DNA from: Felis catus
Lineage: Eukaryota
DNA: 64,000 nucleotides
NCBI RefSeq assembly: GCF_018350175.1
Contig: NC_058368.1
Coordinates: forward strand, 86,554,001-86,618,000
Reading direction: 5' to 3'
The notes beneath the pieces were generated by a model. It did not search any database. It worked only from the letters and a program-made list of their open reading frames with translations, and had not been told where the DNA came from. Both the position numbers and the translations under genes were made by a program. Within the stretch, counting starts at the first letter, position 1. Each line of letters begins with the position of its first letter. Shown piece after piece: positions 39,889 through 52,580 of the stretch.

Positions 39889-41439
39889 TTACTATATTAA
39901 GATTTTTATTTGTCACATTTTCCAAATTTTATAACAATATATCTTAGTGTTGGCTTACTTTTTTTTTTTAATGGAATTTCTCTGTGCCTTCTGCAACTGA
40001 ATGTGTGTTTCCTTCCCTAGATTGTGGAAGTTTTCACCTATTGTTTCCTTAACCACATTTTCTGCCCCTTTTCCTCTCTCTTTTTATTCTTCTTAGACTC
40101 CTATAGTTAAATGTTATTATGTTTAATAGAGTCACTTTTTGCCCTAAGTCTATTCTTGTGTTGCATTATTGTTTTATTTATTTTTTTTTCAGTTTTTTTT
40201 CCATTCCTTTGTCTTTTTTGGTCACTAATCCATTCCTCTCCTCCCCCCAGCCCACTATGCATTGCATCAAGCCTTTTTCCAATTTGTTTATTGAATTTTC
40301 AAATGATTTATTTTTTTTAACTCTTTTAACTATGTGGTGTGTCACCGATGTCTTCTATTCTTTGCTCAAGCCCAGTGAGTATCATTATGATCAATGCTTT
40401 AAATCATCCATAATAGAATATTTATCTTATTATCTTTCTATTGTTATTTATATCTGTTTGGCCTAGCTCTCTGACTGTTACCTTATCTTGTTCTTTCATT
40501 TAGGATAAATTTCTCCTTCGCATTTTGTTTATCTCTACCATTTTCTGTGTGTCAGAAATGCCAGTTTGTCTTCTGCTCCCGAAAGTAATGGCTTTATGAA
40601 GAAGAGGTCATGTAATGTCCATGCCCTTTGGTTTCATGGAGTGTCTCTGGTGTGTGCTGTGTGTATTCTGATATTTTGTTCTGGCTGCTCCATCCTTCAG
40701 TCAAGTTATCTGCAGAGGCTCTCCTTGCTTTCTATGGACAGTGTTTGGTCTCTGACCTGAATTTGGCAAGTTTTACTTGGTGTGCTCTGGTCTGTTTGTG
40801 AAATAAAACTTGTCATCATCCCTACCAGGAGGAACTGGGGCCCTGCAAAACTCTCTGGTCAGTAGATGTGGTGCGGGTAGGAGTTTAGGCTTGTCTTGTG
40901 GGGAATGGCCTCACTGTGCTGGACTGATGCAAGCTTGACTGAGAGTGGCAGTCCTACCAGAATTAAGGGGTCTGGAGCTTGGTGTAAACTAGTTAGGCAG
41001 CCCATATAGATGCTGCTCTGCTTTCTGCAAGTAGCTCTGTCTTTATGCTAAGGAGCATGGGAGGGAAATAGTGCCAGCCAGCTCCTTTGTTCTAGGAAAG
41101 GTGTCTCTGAATGCTGCCTCTAAGAACTGTGCTCCAAAAAGAGCAAATAATCTCTACCTGTGTGCACCAGGCATTCTTCAGATTGCTGTTTCCACACCAT
41201 CTGCCACTGGGTTGTTTGCTTGCCTTCTCTCTAAGAGGAGGACAGTGCCTTTGGGATCTATCACAGCCAAGGCCACTGACAATTAGGACTCCAGATTTTA
41301 ATCCTCACTGATTGCAAGAATTCTCAAAATGTAGCCCCTGTCTTTTTCCAGAACAATGTTTTGAGGAAATGTTCTCCAGGTGTGTTCCCCGATTTTCTCC
41401 TCCCTCTCTCACTCTCTCTGTCTACACAGTTCCTCTGAC

Positions 41440-43830
41440 CATTTTGTAAGAAAATCATTTCCTTTATTTGATTTTACGAGTTGTTTATATATTTTGGATA
41501 CTTACCCCTTATTTAATATTGGGTTAGTAAAACTTTTCTCATTTTGTAGGTTGCTTTTTCATTTTTTTCTTTGACGGTTTCATTTGCTGTGAAGATTTTA
41601 AGTATATTTGATTCCTATTTGTTAATTTTTACTTTTGTTTTTCCTGCTTTCAGTGTCATTTCCAAAACACCATTGCCAAGACCATTGGTGAGGTGCCATA
41701 TCTTAATGTTTTCTTCTAGTTTTATGGTATCATATCTTGTGTTTAAGTCTTTGATCGTTTTGAATTATCTTTTTGTGAGTGACATGAGAGGTGGGTCTAA
41801 CATCATTATTCTGCATGTATGTATCCAGTTTTCCAAACTTTTGTTAAATAAACTATTCTTTCCCTCTCTTTTTATTTTCCATATTTTCACCAGGTGTGAC
41901 TGGTGACTACCTTAATAAATATTAGTTGATCATACATGTGGGTGTTTAATTATGTGCTGTCCATTTGCTTCCATTGTTGTGTGTTTATTTTTTTGTGCCA
42001 ATAACATACTATTTTATTACTATAGCTTCGTAATGTAGTTTGAAACCAGGAAGTGAAATATCTCTAGCTTTGTTCTTTCTTAGGTTTGCTTTGGTTATTT
42101 GCTCTCGCAATTCTTACAAATTTTAGGTCTTTTGCTATTTCTATGTCTGTGAATAATGCCATTGGAATTTGGATAAGAATTGCATTGAATCTATAGATGA
42201 CTTTGTGCAGTATGGGCATTTTAACACTATGAATTCTTCCAATCATAGCACACTGGATGTATTTTCATTTGTTTGTGTCTTGTTTGATTTTCTTCAAAAA
42301 AGGCATGCATTTTTCCTTGTACATATCTTTAATTCCTTGCCTTAATTTATTCCTATATGTTGTATTCTATATATATATACACACATATACATATATATAT
42401 ATATATATACATATGCATGTATATATATACCTAAATAAATGTGTAGAAATTAAACTGATTTCTGATATTGATTTTATATTCTATAGTTTTATTGAAATCG
42501 TTCATTAGTTCCAATAGTATCTTTGTTCAGTTGTTGAGATTTTCTATATACAAAATGATATCAACTACAATTACTGACAATTTTAATTGTACTTTTCAGA
42601 ATCAGTTGCCTTTTATTTCTTTGTGTTGTCTAATTTTTTCTAGCTCGAACTTGGAGTATTATATAGAATAAGAGTAGTGAAAGTGAACATCATTGTCTTG
42701 TTTCTGATCTTAGAAGATACACTTTCAATTTTTTCACCATTGTGTATAAAGCCTGTTGCAGTTGGATGTAGATAACCTTTATTAGGGTAAGGTATGTTTG
42801 TTCTATACCCAGTCTGTAGAGGGTTTTTTTATCATGAAAGAATATTGTATGTGTCAAATGCTTTTCTGCATCTATTGTGATGATCAAGTGATTTTTATCT
42901 TTCATTTTATTGATGTAAAAGGTTGCATTTTATTTAAGTATGTTGACCCATTCCTGCATCACAGAGATAAATCCCAAATGGCCAAAGTGAACATTTTTAA
43001 ATTGATTCTTGAATTAAGTTTGGAAATATTCTGTTGAAAATGTTTACATTAATATGTGCAGTGATATTGGTGTATAGTTTTCTACTTTGTAATGTTCTTA
43101 TCTATCATTAGTATCAGTGTAATGCTGGCCTTGTAAAAAGACTTTGAAAGTGTTTCCACCTCTTCAATTTTTGGAAGAATTTGAGCAGGATAGGTATTAA
43201 TTCTTTGGTAAATGTTTGGTAGAATATACCAGTGAAGCCATCTGATCTGGGTTGTTTTCTGTGTTGGGAGTGTTTGTTTCTTCTTTACTGTTTTTAATTT
43301 TTTCCTACTAATTGATCTGTTTAGATTTTATGTTTCTTCATGATTCTGTCCTGCTAGGTTGTATGTATAAATTGTAGGTATATAATTATTCATAGTAATC
43401 TCTTATGATCTTATGAATTTCTGTCATATTAGATGTAAAGTCTTTTTCTACAGTTATAATTTTATTTATTGAGGATTCTCAATTTTTTTCTTAGCCTATG
43501 TAAAGCTTTCTTAATTTTGTTTCATTTTTGAAAGATGAACTCTTAGTTGTACTAATCATTTTTCATTACTGTTTTGAGCTTATTTATTTCTGCTCATATC
43601 TTTATTATTTCCCTTTTTTTTGCTTTTTTTTTAGCTTATTTTTTTCTTCTTTTTCTAGTTCATTGAGACCTTGCAAGGAAGATCTAGTGGTGGTGAATTT
43701 TGTTATATTTTGTTTGCTTAAGAAACTTTATTCTTCCTACATATCTGAAGGATAATCTTTCTTGGCATGGTATTGTTGGTTGCCAATTTTTGCTTTTCAA
43801 CACTTTGAATATGCCATTCTACTCTTTCCT
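41440..43830 (-). mobile_element. Older LINE-1 ORF2 fragment, plus an ORF1-end fragment (~43665-43830)
   Basis: Minus-strand fragments [22 protein letters not shown] and MKDKNHLIITIDAEK. Confidence 0.82.
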
Positions 43831-45120
43831 TGTGTAATTATAGTAGAAGGGACTAAAGCAGCTTCCCGACCTCCTTTGTATCTGCAGCCCTAATTGAGAT
43901 ATTGTTTTTGGGGGGCTGCACAGGAAAATTAGAAATGTCTCAGGTCTCTTGGTATAAAGTGCAGAGGCTCATTTGTTTGGTAATGGATGTCAAGTTAGTT
44001 GTATAAAAAAAAGGGCTAGAAAAGAATAATTTGCCCCACCATGGTACTAAATTCATTTTCCAGAACATAATAGATTGCATTAATAAGTTTTTTTCTATCA
44101 GTAATGCCTTTTAAAATAAATTGAAAAAATTATCCAATTAAAAGGTATAAAGTGGATGAACTTAAAAAAAGGTGAGGGGGGGGAGAGAAAAAAAAGGGCT
44201 CCAGCTATATGCTGTCCACAGAGCACATTAATTTTAAGGAAAACGTAGATTCATAGTGAAAGGATGGAAGAAATGTTCCATATGAATGGAAAACAAAAGC
44301 CAGCAAGGCTAGCTATTGTTGCATCAGACAAAGTACACGTTCGGTTAAAATCTTCAGTAAAATAAAAGTAAGGTTATTATGTAATGACAAAGAGATCAAT
44401 AAATCAAGAGAATATAATAATTGTAAATATATACAGACCCAACATCAGAGCATCTACATATATTAAGTCAACAATAACAGATCTAAATGGAAAAATAGAC
44501 CCATAAGTATAGAAAACTTAATACCCCAATTCAACAATGAATAAATCATACAGACAGAAAAGTCAATAAGGAAAAATTGGACTAGGACTATATTTTAAAC
44601 CCAACGAGCATAACATACATGTATAGAACTTTTTATTCAACTGCATCAGAATATACATTCTTCCGAAGGTCACATGGTACATCCTCTAGGATAGATAACA
44701 TATTAGCTCATAAAACAAGTCTTAGCAAATTTAAAAATATTAAAATAATAAAAAGTATATTCTTTCAATCACAATGATAGTAAACTAGAAAGAAATAACA
44801 AGAGGAAGCCTGAAAACTTCATAAAAAATTCATAAACTAGACAACTTACTACTGAACAACCAATTAAAGCACCATATATAAATAGTATGAAATTCTGCTA
44901 AAGTAGTGCTAAGAGAAAAGTCTATTATGAAACACCTAAATTAAGGTAAAAAATCTCAAATAAACAACTATGTTTACTCTTTAAAGAAATAATTAAAAGA
45001 GACCAAAGCCCAAATTTATAAAAATAAACGTTTAAAGATATTATATAGATCACAAATAAAGTACTAGAAACAAAATAAAAAATCAATGAAACAAAGAGTT
45101 GCCTTTTAAAAATGAAAACA

Positions 45121-45338
45121 GGGGCGCCTGGGTGGCGCAGTCGGTTAAGCGTCTGACTTCAACCAGGTCACGATCTCGCGGTCTGTGAGTTCAAGCCCCG
45201 CGTCGGGCTCTGGGCTGATGGCTCAGAGCCTGGAGCCTGTTTCCAATTCTGTGTCGCCCTCTCTCTCTGCCCCTTCCGCATCCATGCTCTGTCTCTCTCT
45301 GTCCCAAAAAAATAAATAAATGTTGAAAAAAAAATTTT
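45121..45338 (+). mobile_element. Young felid CanSINE (SINEC_Fc-like)
   Basis: ggggcgcctgggtggcgcagtcggttaagcg with CpGs retained. TSD aaaatgaaaaca (45109-45120 / 45339-45350). Confidence 0.95.
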
Positions 45339-46960
45339 AAAATGAAAACAAAACAGAAAAAACTTAGCTGAAGGAAAGAAAAAAGGGAGACAATACAAAT
45401 AAATAAAATAAAAATGATAGAGAAGACATAAAAAATGATAATTTAGAATTAAAAGAATTATAGTAGACTACCAAAATAATTTACACCAAATGACTGGATA
45501 ATCTAGATGAAATGTATAAATTCCTAGAAACATGACTTATCATTTATGACTCATGAAGAAATAGAAAATCTGAACAAAGCAACGACAGTAATACTAAATC
45601 ATTAATCAAAAACCTCCCAAGGCCGGGGTGGGGGGAGGGCATGACCAAATGGTTTCAATGGTGAATTCTAACAAACATTGAAGGGTTAATGCCAAAAATC
45701 TCAAATTATTCTGAAAAACTGAAGACGAAGGTACACTTCCAAATTCATTTTACAAGGCCATTTTTAAGATACCAAAACTAGATAAGGACTCTAAAAGAAA
45801 ATAAATTTAAGGTCAATATTCCAGATAAATGTAGATACAAATAGTCTAAACAAAACATTAACAAACACAATTCAACAACATATTTATAGAAATATATAGC
45901 TTGACCACATAGGATTCATTCCTGTTATGCAAAGATGGTTCAGCATATGCCAATTAATAAACATGATATACCATGATAAGAAACTAACGATAAAAATTAT
46001 GTCATCTCAGTACATGTAGAAATAGCATTTGACAATATAAGATATCTTTCATGATACAAATCTTCAACAAATTGGGTATAGAAGCAAGATGAATCAAGAA
46101 AATAAAATCTATTGTCACAAGCCCACAACTGACATCAAAGGTAAAAGATAAAAGGTAAAAGGCTGAAAGATTTTCCCTAATTTCAGGAACAAAATAGTGA
46201 CTTCACTCCCCACTTCTTTTCAACATAGTGCTGAATACTCTAGCCAAAGCAATCAGGCAAGCAAAACAAACAAACAAACAAACAAAATGCATCCTGATTG
46301 TAAAATTGTCCCTGTTTGTGGATGACATTATTTTATATGAGGGAAAAACTACAAATTCCATGAAAAACTACTAGAACAAATAAAAAAATTTAATAAAATT
46401 AACATGATACAAAATAAACACAGATTTAGTCATGTTTCTGTACTAACAATGAAATATATAAAAATAAAGCAATCCCATGCATAATAGCATCAGACACAAT
46501 AAAACACTAAGAAATAAACAAAAAAAGATAAAATATCTATACACTAAAATTATAAAACATTAATTAAGGTAATTGAAGAAGACAGAAATGAAAAGATATT
46601 CCATGTTCACTGGAAAAATTAATTGCAAATTATGAACATCATTAAATTTCCAAACTATCCAGAACATCTATAGATTCCATGCAATCTTTACCAAAATTCC
46701 AATGTCATTTTTCACAGAAATGGGAAAAAAAATCTGAAATTCATATAGAACCACAAGAAGATCCAAAGAGGCAAAGCAATTATGAGACAGAAGAACAAAC
46801 CTGGAGGCATCACACAACCTGATTTCAAATTGCATTATGAAGCTATACCAATCAAAACAATATATTAACATAAAAAGAAAACTATGAAGCAATAGAACCT
46901 ACAATCAAGAAACTACAAATAAATCCATGCTTATGCATTCAATTAAAATCTGACAAAGGA

Positions 46961-47166
46961 GGATCACATAGGTAGCTCAGTTGACTAAGCATATAACTCT
47001 TGATTTCAACTCAGGTTATGAACTGATGGTTTGTGAGTTTGAGCCCCACAGAGCTATGAGCTGACAATGTGGAGACTGCTTGGGAATCTCTCTCCATCTC
47101 TCTCTGCCCCTCCCATGCTCTTCCTCTCTCAAAATAGATAAATACACATAAAAAAATAAATAAATA
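46961..47166 (+). mobile_element. CanSINE (older, diverged)
   Basis: ggatcacataggtagctcagttgactaagc...gagactgcttgggaatctctctcc...aaaataaataaa. Confidence 0.85.
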
Positions 47167-48182
47167 GAAGTTGGCAAAGTGTCCAAGGGTATTCAATAGA
47201 AAAACGGATATCTTCTCCAACAAATGATGTTGGGAAAGTTGGGTGTTCACATGCAAAAATAATGTTACCCCTATCTTACACCATTCATTAAAAACAACAG
47301 AAATTGTATGAAAAGTATGGACGTAAGACTGAAAGCCATAAAGCTAATAAAAAATTAGAAAAAATGCACCTTGACATTGGTCTTAGCAATGATTTTTTGG
47401 CTATGATGCATAAGGCAAAGGCTACAAAAAAATTAAATAAGTGGGACTCTATCAAATTAAAAAGCATCTACCCAGCAAAAGAAGCAATCACCATCAAGAA
47501 TTTAAATGCACCATACATAATGGGAGAAAATATGTACATTCCATCTATCTGTTGTGAGGTTAATATCCATAATATATAGGACTCTTAAGCAACTTAATAG
47601 CAAAAAAAAAAAAAAAAGACAAATAATCCGATTGAAAAAATGGTCAAAGAAGTTAGGAATTGTTTAAAAAGAGGCATACACTGGCAAACAGGCAAATAAA
47701 AAGATGCTTAACATCACTAATCATCAGCGAAATGTAAATAAAATAAAAACAGTTTATAATACCTCACAATTATTGGAATATCTCTAAATTAAGACAGGAG
47801 ATAGCAAGAGATAGCAAGGTTATGAAAAGAAAAGTGTATATAACTACTAACACTATTTTGAAGATATATTTCCATGTTCATGTTCATTGTAGTGTTATTC
47901 ACTGTAGTCAAAATAAAACATAAACAATACCTAAAACACAAACAAAACATACCTGAACAAAAAAAAAACAAAACATAAACAAACATAAAAAACAACATAA
48001 GACCCATTATGATATGTGATATACATAGACATCTATATATATCCATATAGATATATATTGTTATTCCTAAAAAGAAGGAAATCCTGCCATTTGCAATAAG
48101 ATGGATAAACCTGGAGGGTATTATTCTAAGTGTAATAAGTAAGGTAAATGTGGAAGATAAATATTGAATGAACTCATACACA

Positions 48183-48649
48183 CACGCAAGGTCCCAAATG
48201 GTATTACTTCAGCCAAGTCTCCAAACTGGGGCTCATAATGAATATAATGACAATTTCTAATACCCCTGATATATTTCAAAAAAATATATATATGGATGAT
48301 GTGAGAAAAAAACTGATGTTCTGGTTACATGTGTTTTTTGTAGGAGGTCTCTTGACCTTTTCTATCCCCCATACAGACCTTTTCTATCCCCCATAAGAAG
48401 ATCAGATAATCCACCTATTAAGACAAACTATTCCAAAATGAAGGTAAGATCACCTAATAATCTTTTCTTTTTCTTTTCTTTTTTCTTTTCTGTTTATGAC
48501 TTTTTTTTGCCAAACCTTTAGTCTTTCCCTTTTGGTAGACATTTGGAGCTGCCCTCTACTTGCTAGATGGGATGCCACTCAATTCATGAATCATTTAATA
48601 AAGCCAAATAAAAATTTAAATTTACTTGGTTGAATTGTGGATTTAACAC
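48183..48649 (+). mobile_element. Rearranged ERV1-type solo LTR (MER34-like) inside an L1 3'UTR
   Basis: Ends tgctagatgggatgccactcaattcatgaatcatttaataaagccaa...ttgaattgtggatttaaca (AATAAA and CA terminus), resembling MER34-group LTR ends from memory. L1 sequence resumes afterwards (cttataagtagaatc). 5' end unclear. Confidence 0.6.
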
Positions 48650-49789
48650 TTATAAGTAGAATCATAAAATGCTCAGCTCATAGATACAGAGTGCAAAATG
48701 CTGGTTGCCCAGAGCTGGGAGGTTGGAGTAAATGGGAGATGCTGGTCAAAAGGTACAGACTCCCAGTTATAATATAAATAAGTGCTGGGGACCTAATACA
48801 TAGCACAGTGACTATAGTTAACAAAAGTCTTATATATTGGAAAGCTACTGGGAGCAAATCTAAAATGTTCTTGCCACACAGACAACAAATGTAATTTTAT
48901 GATGTGACGGACATAAGAACTAACTTTACTATGGTAATCATTTTGTAATATATACATATATCAGGTCAATATGTTGTATACCTTAAACTTGCTCAATGTT
49001 GTATGTTAATTATAGCTTGATAAAGCTTTCACAATACTAGTAAATATGTTAATTGCCAAATACATATATGTAAACATTAAATTATTTTACAATTCTACCT
49101 GGTTTAAGATCTATCCTCAACAATAATTTGTAAATGGTGACATGTAAAATATTGAGAAAATCACCCTCAATGTTGCCCATGGGAGAACACAAAACTATAA
49201 CAATTATAAATTTATAAATTTTAAATGTTATTAACTAAAAAGGATGTTTAAAAGAAAAACATGGAAATAGTGACAAAGTAGAAATATTTGAAAATATATT
49301 GCTTGTCACTAATTTCATTTAAATGAAGTAATAAGTAAGGAAGGGTGGTGCCCAAGTAATTCCAAGCTTTAAATACCATCCATTACAAAATACAGTTTTT
49401 TTCCATTATATTTCCATAGTTTCAATGCAATATTTATTATTTATTACCAAATTTTCACACACTTTAATAGCGGATAATTTTCTACTTTTCTACGAAGTCT
49501 TGGAAGCTCTGGTATAAACAATATATGTAGTCTTTATTGCAGAGCTTTTTAGCCCAAATGTAAACAACTTCATAAGGGAAGAAATAAATGTCATAAAGGG
49601 TAGAAATACTCTTAGATTAAATATGCCATGTCAAACTAGAGCATGCCAGAAAAGAGGAAAAACAATAACAGAACTCAATTTGGTTAGAGGGCATTTATTT
49701 ACTCATAAGGGGACAAATTATATCTAGTAGAGTTCTGACCATCAGGTGATATTACTCTCATTTTATATCTGATATTATGCATTAGAGAA

Positions 49790-50228
49790 TATTTTAATTG
49801 AAACTCTTGGGAAATTTAACAATTTCCCAATCTCTATGGTGAAAACCTCTATAGTTGGATTACTGTGAATATAACAAAAGGAAGGAATAAAATTATAAAT
49901 CTTCATTGTCCTCTAGAGAAAATGTCTCTGGGGCACACAACCGAGATTAAATATCTGCTTGGTATCCCTTTCTCATGGGGAATTGAACAGACTGTCCTGG
50001 AAGCTCCCTAAGAACATGTAAATGTTCTATGTGCTTCCTTACTTACCTCATTTAGTCCCACATTCTTTAGTTACATTATTATGTTCACTATCAATTCATC
50101 ATGGGCAAGCTTTATCAGTGCCACAGAAGAGTAAACTGGTGGATCTATTCAACCCATTTATTGATGAAATGAATCAGAAATGAAAGCAATGAAAAGCATC
50201 CAAAAATATCACATTAATTTAGGTGAGT
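49790..50228 (+). promoter_or_regulatory. Candidate OR promoter and non-coding first exon
   Basis: Clustered O/E (Ebf)-like sites (actcttggga ~49803, cctctagaga ~49910, tctctggggc ~49925, tctcatgggg ~49971), a TAATTG homeodomain core at ~49795 and a consensus splice donor AG|GTGAGT at 50222/50223, about 2.4 kb upstream of the OR ATG. Confidence 0.4.
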
Positions 50229-51844
50229 TATTTCAGCTTTTTACAAATGTCCCCTTCGCTGACTGCATATGATGCATATAATCTCTATGTGGGGAACTTT
50301 AGAATTTATAGAATGAGTATTCTCCTGCCACTGTAGAACTTGACTTTAGATATTTTGTGTGTGTTTTTTTATTCTAGATGTTTGTACACAGATGTCTACA
50401 CAAATTCTAACAAGGCTTAGAGGTATTGATACTATTTAGTATCTGAAAACTATAGTTATGGGTGGCAGTTTTCATTTTTAAAGAATGTTGAAATAAAAGC
50501 TTTTCTAACAGTCTACTTCTATAAGTGTAGACAAAGCTATTGTAAAAATATTTAAATGTATATGACTTACACATTTCTGAATTTCTTTTTTTTTGTAATA
50601 TGAGATAAACTACTCATTGATTTTATGCTAATAAGACTACAAAACATGTAAACAATATCAACTTAATTTATATGGTAAATTCAACATTTCGAAAAATATG
50701 TTTATTTCATGAAACACAACTATGCAGGCAACACGTACAATATTTTGTTCTAGTATGTATTTGCTAAATATGCATATTATACACATGATCCTCTGTAATA
50801 AATATTACATGTTTTGTCTATTCCAGGGATTGATCATGATATTTGAGCAAGAGCTTCTCTACCCAAGACCTGATAACTGAAACAAACACAATTGATTTGA
50901 GCCATAAATATATTCAGGAATTATAGTTATTTTCATGGACTCCTTCGGTACTGATTTTACATAATATCCTTTTAAGGTTCTACGTTTGAGTTCTTTAACC
51001 TTTAATATGGGAGTTTACTCTATCTTCTTTTATGATTGATTCAATAATCAGTACTTTGTTTTTCTTCATTTAGAGGTTACTTGTGTTTCAACAGAACCAT
51101 ACAATTGTCTATGTTTGGAAAATCCCTTTGTATCAATAAATATAAGACAAATTATTGTAGTTTCCAAAGACATGTTAGCTCTAAGGCCTCCAAATAACCC
51201 TGATATATTTCAAAAATATATAAATTTTTGAAAGGATGATGTGAGAAAAAACTGACGTTCTGGTTACATTTGTTTTTTGTAAGAGGTCTCTTGACAAAAT
51301 TATATCTCAAAAATCCACACACTTTAATGCTTCTTGGAACTGATATATTACAAATTGCAAACTAAACTTCTATCCACTCCAAGAGCACTAAGTCCACTCA
51401 AAAAATAAACCTCTCATTCAACTGTAAGAAGTAGTAGAAACCTTCAACAAGGTAGGCACAGGTGACCTAAATAACACAAATGGCAAGATGTCTGATCTTC
51501 ATACTCACTCTGTATAATTATTGCGATAAAGTAGCTGTTTTATTTGATATTCTGTGAATCAGAAAACTATCAATAAGAGATTTTTATTTCAGAGCTACAG
51601 GGCTAATAATCTTTTAAGTCTTTTCTCTCCATGTTTTTTCACATGGAATTATGTATTTTTTATTGATATATTTAAGTCATTTATTTGCTAATTAATAATT
51701 GTATGGTATGGATTTGCTCCCAGAAATGGAGAGAACCAAAGTTTGTGTATTACTCCAATGTATTTTTTATGAATTACTTACTAATTCTTTTCTGAAAATG
51801 GAAAATATAGCTATAGTTTCACAAATTATTCTGTTTTAAGAATT

Positions 51845-52085
51845 ATTCATCTAATTATTGCATTAAGCCTATGTTATTTAGTTCTATCATAAGCCAATGT
51901 CTTTTAAAACACTGACATACAAGAGTAGACATGGCATAGACTTTATTATCCAGTGTCTTGCAGGTTAATGAGAGAAACATACATTAAGGGGTGACTACAT
52001 TGTTATGGTTTAATTGTTATGATAAAGACAATAGACTCTGAGACCAGATGTAAAATAATCTAGAATGAGTCTTCTGGAGATAGTA
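51845..52085 (-). mobile_element. L2 3'-end remnant
   Basis: Degenerate match to the reverse L2 tail (attcat...attg...aaacactgacatacaagagtagacatggcatagac). Confidence 0.45.
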
Positions 52086-52214
52086 AAGTAAAAAAAAAAT
52101 TGAATAGAGATCATAACTCTTACTTTTGATATAAGTACAAAAGCAACCAGGCTTAAATACTTTTATGTTTCACATTTTCATGGTGAAATTTAAGCCCCTT
52201 GTGAATTGAAAAAG

Positions 52215-52385
52215 AACATTTAGTCAGGAAAACTGTGTTGAAATATCATTTCCACTTATTTATATCTTTATGATCATGAACAAGTCTTAAACTCTATGTC
52301 TCCATTTCTTCTTCAGTACAATTGGATATTTCCAAGTGACATAAATTAAAATAAATTAGATAATGTATTTAAGAGCTCAGTTTGA
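52215..52385 (+). mobile_element. MIR SINE remnant
   Basis: tgatcatgaacaagtcttaaactctatgtctccatttcttcttcagtacaattgga...ataatgtatttaagagctcag resembles the MIR core. Confidence 0.65.
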
Positions 52386-52580
52386 ATGTGATAAAATGTT
52401 AATAGAAAATAAAATTAATTTTGCACCAACTTGATGATGAGAAACCATGACCACACCATACCCTCAAATAAAACTTTCTTATGATATTTTCAGAGTGAAC
52501 ACCTCCCATGGATTGATGACCTGATTAATTCTGTTTGATGAACTTCATACTACTATATTTATCACAAGAGTTACATACAG

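Larger units (their letters stand above)
34086..41430 (-). mobile_element. LINE-1 (5'UTR to ORF2 RT start) hosting a SINE, an LTR and the MAPRE1 retrocopy
   Basis: L1 sequence is colinear across the inserts: ORF2 34086-35715 and 36531-~36750, ORF1 ~36750-37055 and 39889-~40550, 5'UTR-like to ~41430. Confidence 0.8.
44075..49030 (+). mobile_element. Older LINE-1 (L1MA-like; ORF2 start to 3' end) hosting two CanSINEs and an LTR
   Basis: Degenerate ORF2 throughout. 3'UTR with agcacagtgactatagttaacaa and gttgtataccttaaacttgctcaatgttgtatgttaattatagcttgataaagc. Confidence 0.85.

Noticed and set aside
351..48181. Numerous short ORFs (60-150 aa) in the ORF track
   Set aside because: They are sense or antisense fragments of degraded L1 ORF1/ORF2, SINEs, LTRs, microsatellites or the MAPRE1 retrocopy. 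None is supportable as an independent gene.
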